NCBI GenBank assembly: GCA_963783385.1
Contig: CAWANJ010000001.1
Location: forward strand, 352,001-416,000
Direction of reading: 5' to 3'
Source: an uncultured Gemmatimonadales bacterium
Lineage (GTDB): Bacteria; Gemmatimonadota; Gemmatimonadetes; Palauibacterales; Palauibacteraceae
Length of the DNA: 64,000 nucleotides
Part shown: positions 59,918 to 64,000 of the stretch, piece after piece
Layout of the letters: each line of letters starts with the position of its first letter
Numbering within the stretch: the first letter of the stretch is position 1
Position numbers and translations under genes: made by a program
The notes under the pieces: generated by a model
Databases searched by the model: none
What the model was told of the DNA's origin: nothing
The model's input: only the letters and a program-made list of their open reading frames with translations

Positions 59918-60736
59918 AAGCGCGTCTGGCACCTGGAGCCCTCGCTCTCCGATCCGGACACCGTGTACGCCGGAGCCGAGGACGCCGCCCTGTTCCGGTC
60001 GGTGGACGGCGCGCGCTCATGGCAGGAGGTCGCCGGGCTACGAGGCCACGGAAGCGGACGACTCTGGACCCCGGGCGCGGGCGGACTCTGCCTGCACACC
60101 GTCCTTCTCGACCCCTTGGACGTGGACCGCATGTACGTGGCGATCTCGGCGGCCGGGCGCGTTCCGAACCGACGAGCGGGGGCGCCACCTGGAAGCACCA
60201 TCAACCGGGGGCTCTCGTCACCGTCATCCGCTGTCGGATCCCGAGGGCGATGTCGGCCACTGCGTGCACCGGATCGCGCTCAACCCCTCGCGTCCGCAGG
60301 TGCTCTTCATGCAGAAGCACTGGGACGTCATGCGGAGCGACGACGGCTGGCGATACCTGGCACGAGGTGAGCGGCGACCTTCCCTCCGACTTCGGTTTCC
60401 CGATCGCGGTGCACGCGTCACGAGCCGGAGACGGTGTACGTGGTTCCCATCAAGAGCGACTCGGAACACTATCCGCCGGAGGGGAAGCTACGCGTCTACA
60501 GGAGCCGTAAGGGCGGCGACGAATGGGAGCCGCTGACGAAGGGGCTCCCACAGGAGAACTGCTACGTGAACGTGCTGCGGGAGGCCATGGCCGTGGACAC
60601 GCTGGATCCGTGCGGCGTCTATTTCGGCACCACAGGCGGCCAGGTGTACGCTTCCGCGGACTCCGGGGACGGTTGGGAGGCCCTCGTCCACGACCTGCCG
60701 CCCGTGCTCTCGGTCGAAGCGCAGAGCCTTCCGTGA
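59918..60736 (+). pseudogene. BNR/Asp-box repeat (exo-alpha-sialidase-like beta-propeller) protein, N-terminus missing, several indels
   Basis: [74 protein letters not shown] across frames. Confidence 0.75.
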
Positions 60737-61089
60737 GCCGCGACGCCCGGGCCTCCCGGTCGGGTCCTTCCCCCTCCCCCGGTGGGGAAGCCCTGGTCAC
60801 GGTGGAGCTCCCCTTTCACCTCCGGAACCTCGCCGGGCTCGAGGGGGGAGTCGTACTCCGCGTCCGGGGCGAGGTGACCCGGGGTGCGCTGCTGGACGCG
60901 CTCGAGGAGGAGTATCCGGTGCTGCGCGGCACCATCAGGGACCACGTCACGCACGAGCGCCGATCGTTCCTTCGCTACTTCGCCTGCGAGCGGGACCTCT
61001 CGTTCGAGCCGTCCGACGCGCCGCTCCCGGAGGCCGTCGCCACGGGGAGTGAGCCCTTCCTGGTCGTGGGCTCCATAGCGGGAGGTTAG
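60733..61089 (+). CDS. MoaD/ThiS family ubiquitin-like protein
   Basis: [26 protein letters not shown]-terminal IAGG; start 60733 or 60802. Confidence 0.88.
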   Translation: MSRDARASRSGPSPSPGGEALVTVELPFHLRNLAGLEGGVVLRVRGEVTRGALLDALEEEYPVLRGTIRDHVTHERRSFLRYFACERDLSFEPSDAPLPEAVATGSEPFLVVGSIAGG

Positions 61090-61156
61090 AGGCGCCCCCT
61101 CCCGGCGGACGGCAGCCCGCGCCGGCGGCTCGCGAAGCCCGGGCGCCGGCGGATCC

Positions 61157-62476
61157 TCACCCGGCCACCACCACGCCGCGCGAGGGACCCACCCGGATGA
61201 TCTGTCTGCGGGCCTGGCCCACCGACACCCACTGGATCGGAGCGCCTGCCAGCTGCTCGAGCCGCTCCAGGTAGCCGCGGGCCAGCTCGGGAAGGTCGTC
61301 CCAGCGCCGCGCGCCCGTGGTGTCCTCCTCCCAGCCGGGGAGCCGCTCGTACACGGGCCGCACGCGCTCGAGCTCGGCCGCCGAGTCGGGGAAGCGAGCC
61401 AGCGGCTCCTCCTCGAGGGTGTAGCCCACCGCCACCTGGAGCTCCCGGAAGCTGTCGAGCACGTCGAGCTTGGTCACCGCGAGCCCGGTGAGGCCGTTCA
61501 CCCCCGCCGCGAAGTTGACGGCCACGCCGTCGAACCAGCCGGGACGACGGGGCCGGCCGGTCGTGGCGCCAAACTCATCGCCCAGGGAGCGCAGGCGCTC
61601 GGCCTCCTCCCCCGGGAGCTCCGTGGGGAACGGCCCGTTCCCGACCCGGGTCGTGTAGGCCTTCACCACGCCGATCACCTCGTCGATCATGGTGGGCCCG
61701 ATCCCCACGCCGGCCGCGGCGCCCCCCGCCGTCGTCGTCGACGAGGTCACGAACGGATAGGTCCCGTGGTCGATGTCCAGGAGGGAGCCCTGGGCGCCCT
61801 CGAGCAACACCCGTCCACCCTCGCCCAGGCCGTCCCGGATCTCGTGTCCCACGTCGGTAGCCAGCTCGAGGATGCTGGGACGGACCTGCTCCAGCGCCTC
61901 GAGGACCTCGTCGGAGTCCGTCCGATCCCCCAGCTCCAGGCGTTCCATGGTGTCGTTGGCGGCCGCACACGCGGCCCGCACCACCTCGGCCGCCCGGCCA
62001 GGATCGCGCAGGTCGCCCACCCGGAGCCCCGTCCGGTTCACCTTGTCCCGGTACGCCGGGCCGATGCCCCGCCCCGTGGTGCCGATGCGGTCCACGCCGC
62101 GGCTCGCCTCCAGCGCCCGGTCGAGCATCCGGTGATAGGGGAGCACCAGGTGGGCCCGGCTGCTGAGGCCGAGCCTTCGCTCGAGGTCGATGCCCCGGGC
62201 CCGCAGCCCGGCCATCTCCTCGAGCAGCGTCCAGGGGTCCACCACGGTTCCGTTCCCCATGAGGCAGCGGACGCCCGGATACAGGATCCCCGACGGAATG
62301 AGGTGGAGGACGAACTCCTCGCCCTCCACGCGCACGGTGTGGCCCGCGTTGGCCCCACCCTGGTAGCGGGCCACGATCGTGGCCCGCTCGGCGAGCACGT
62401 CGACGATCTTCCCCTTGCCCTCGTCACCCCACTGCACGCCCACCACGGCGACGCACCCCGCCCCCTCTTCGAACAT
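61157..62476 (-). CDS. purA: Adenylosuccinate synthetase
   Basis: GVQWGDEGKGK, GGANAGHT, IGTTGRGIGPAY, EGAQG, YPFVTSS, TTGRPRR, TKLDVL. Confidence 0.97.
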   Translation of the reverse strand: MFEEGAGCVAVVGVQWGDEGKGKIVDVLAERATIVARYQGGANAGHTVRVEGEEFVLHLIPSGILYPGVRCLMGNGTVVDPWTLLEEMAGLRARGIDLERRLGLSSRAHLVLPYHRMLDRALEASRGVDRIGTTGRGIGPAYRDKVNRTGLRVGDLRDPGRAAEVVRAACAAANDTMERLELGDRTDSDEVLEALEQVRPSILELATDVGHEIRDGLGEGGRVLLEGAQGSLLDIDHGTYPFVTSSTTTAGGAAAGVGIGPTMIDEVIGVVKAYTTRVGNGPFPTELPGEEAERLRSLGDEFGATTGRPRRPGWFDGVAVNFAAGVNGLTGLAVTKLDVLDSFRELQVAVGYTLEEEPLARFPDSAAELERVRPVYERLPGWEEDTTGARRWDDLPELARGYLERLEQLAGAPIQWVSVGQARRQIIRVGPSRGVVVAG

Positions 62477-62487
62477 CTCCGACACCT

Positions 62488-63387
62488 CTACGCGTGGGCG
62501 GGCTGGAGCCCGGCGGCGGTCAGCGCGCCGTGCACGGCCTGCTGGCTGGCCTCGTCCGCCGGGAGGAGGGGCGGGCGCGGCGGGCCGCCGTGGAGGCCCA
62601 GCAGGTCGAGGCCGAACTTGACGCCCGGCACGCCCTGCCGGGCGACCACGGATCGATGCAGGGGCCCGACCCGCTCCTGGAGCGCCCCGGCCCGGCCCGT
62701 GTCGCCCTCCCGCCACGCCGACACGATCTCCGCGCAGGCGGCCGTCGCCAGGAGTCCCACGGCGACCACGCCTCCCGCGGCGCCGACCTCGAGGCCCCCG
62801 TACAGCAGGGTCCCGGCCCCGACCATGACGGCCGCCCGCCCGGAGCACACGTCCACCAGGGCGCCCAGGTTGTGCACGTCACCGGAGGAGTCCTTGATGC
62901 CGACGATGTTCTCGTGCTCTATCAACCGCCCGACCACGTCGGGACCCAGAGGCACCGGCACGTACTTGGGGATGTGATAGAGGATGACCGGGATGGGCGA
63001 AGCGTCCGCCAGGGTCCGGTAGTGGACGGACACCGCCTCCTCGGTCATCGCTCCGGCGTAGTAGGAGGGCGGGCGGACCAGCACGGCCCCCGCCCCCGCC
63101 GCGGCGGCCAGGCGCGTGAGCCGGACCGTGCCCCGCGTGGACTCGCATCCGGTGCCCGTCACCACCTCCACCCCATCGGGCGCGACCTCCCGGGCCCACT
63201 CGGTCAACCTCAGGATCTCGATCTCGTCCAGCAGCGGCGCCTCGCCGGTGGAACCGGCCACGACCAGGCCGTCGACCGGCTCCGAGGTCCAGGTGCGCAG
63301 GTTGGCCTCGAACGCCTCCCGGTCCAGCTCGCCCGTCCCGGAAGCGAACGGGGTGGTGACCGGCAGGTACAGCCCCTGGAGCTTCAG
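62488..63387 (-). CDS. Dihydrodipicolinate synthase (DapA/NAL) family protein, probable CTG start
   Basis: GLYLPVTTPF, GSTGE, ILYHIP, GIKDSSG (Schiff-base Lys). Confidence 0.88.
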   Translation of the reverse strand: MKLQGLYLPVTTPFASGTGELDREAFEANLRTWTSEPVDGLVVAGSTGEAPLLDEIEILRLTEWAREVAPDGVEVVTGTGCESTRGTVRLTRLAAAAGAGAVLVRPPSYYAGAMTEEAVSVHYRTLADASPIPVILYHIPKYVPVPLGPDVVGRLIEHENIVGIKDSSGDVHNLGALVDVCSGRAAVMVGAGTLLYGGLEVGAAGGVVAVGLLATAACAEIVSAWREGDTGRAGALQERVGPLHRSVVARQGVPGVKFGLDLLGLHGGPPRPPLLPADEASQQAVHGALTAAGLQPAHA

Positions 63388-64000
63388 AAGAGCGGCCCCT
63401 CCCCGGGAGCCGTGCCGATCCCCTCCTCCTCGGAGGAGAGGGTCTGCATGACGAGCTCGAAGTCGCTCGGGCTCGTGGCCGCCGCCTTGGCAACGTCGTA
63501 GTCCATGATGTCCGCGCGAACGAGTTTCATGAGGTGCTGGTCGAAGGTCTGCATGCCGTACTGGTCGCCCTGCTGCATGAGTCGCCCGATCTCGCTCTGG
63601 CTCTCCCTGCGCAGGATCGCCTCCTGCACCGCGCCCGTGAGGCGAAGGACCTCGACAATCGGGACGCGCCCCTGTCCATCCTTCCGGAGGAGAAGCCGCT
63701 GGGAGACGATGGCCCGCAGCGACTCGGACACGCGCTGCCGAACGAGCTCCTCGTTGTCCCCGGGGAACATGGCCATGAAGTGGCCCAGGGTGGCGATGGC
63801 CGTCGGGGCGTGGAAGGTCGAGATCACCAGCTGGCCCGTCTCGGCCGCCTCCATGGCGATCTCGATGGTCTCGGCATCGCGCATCTCGCCGATGAGGATC
63901 GCGTCGGGGTCCTGGCGGAGCGCGTGACGCAGTCCGACCCGGAAGGAGGCCGTGTCGGCACCCACCTCGCGCTGCGTCACGGTCGAGAGCTCGTTGCGGT
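63384..64000 (-). CDS. PilT/PilU family type IV pilus ATPase (5' partial)
   Basis: TQREVGADT, ALRQDPDAILIGEMRD, AAETG, SQRL, GMQTFDQHL. Confidence 0.9.
   Translation of the reverse strand, partial: RNELSTVTQREVGADTASFRVGLRHALRQDPDAILIGEMRDAETIEIAMEAAETGQLVISTFHAPTAIATLGHFMAMFPGDNEELVRQRVSESLRAIVSQRLLLRKDGQGRVPIVEVLRLTGAVQEAILRRESQSEIGRLMQQGDQYGMQTFDQHLMKLVRADIMDYDVAKAAATSPSDFELVMQTLSSEEEGIGTAPGEGPLF

Overview
Very GC-rich bacterial chromosomal DNA with no integrase, transposase, CRISPR array or rRNA visible. The gene content suggests a Gemmatimonadota-like organism, which is an inference only. From left to right the window holds: a LytS/LytTR pair and an ECF-sigma/ZAS anti-sigma/2xDUF4097/DUF5916 envelope module; a Tat amidase; lipoproteins; cupin-SDR-ilvE; a ~10 kb tryptophan-to-anthranilate-to-anthraniloyl-CoA catabolic cluster (kynA, kynU, abm-like genes) that has no kynB but carries a creatininase-family hydrolase; msrA, nhaA, pncB, ctaG, a CopZ-like gene, a CDP-alcohol transferase and glpK; a PAS-kinase/receiver/REC-PAS-GGDEF-EAL c-di-GMP operon; assorted single genes; tRNA-Lys(UUU); an unannotated small transcript (structured 5' region, 20-aa basic ORF, strong terminator); a Cys/Met PLP enzyme plus NhaC transporter; the ffh-rpsP-rimM-trmD-rplS-rnhB operon; a broken MarR/BNR-repeat junction with a MoaD-like gene; and purA, a DapA-family gene and a partial PilT/PilU. 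Single-base indels hit several genes, including rplS and rpsP, which points to long-read consensus errors rather than real pseudogenes. The best leads are the 50.3-50.6 kb small-ORF RNA unit, the creatininase-family candidate for a non-orthologous kynurenine formamidase, a shared ECF promoter motif, a promoter-led structured RNA at 34.3 kb, and CTG starts in CTGA stop/start overlaps.
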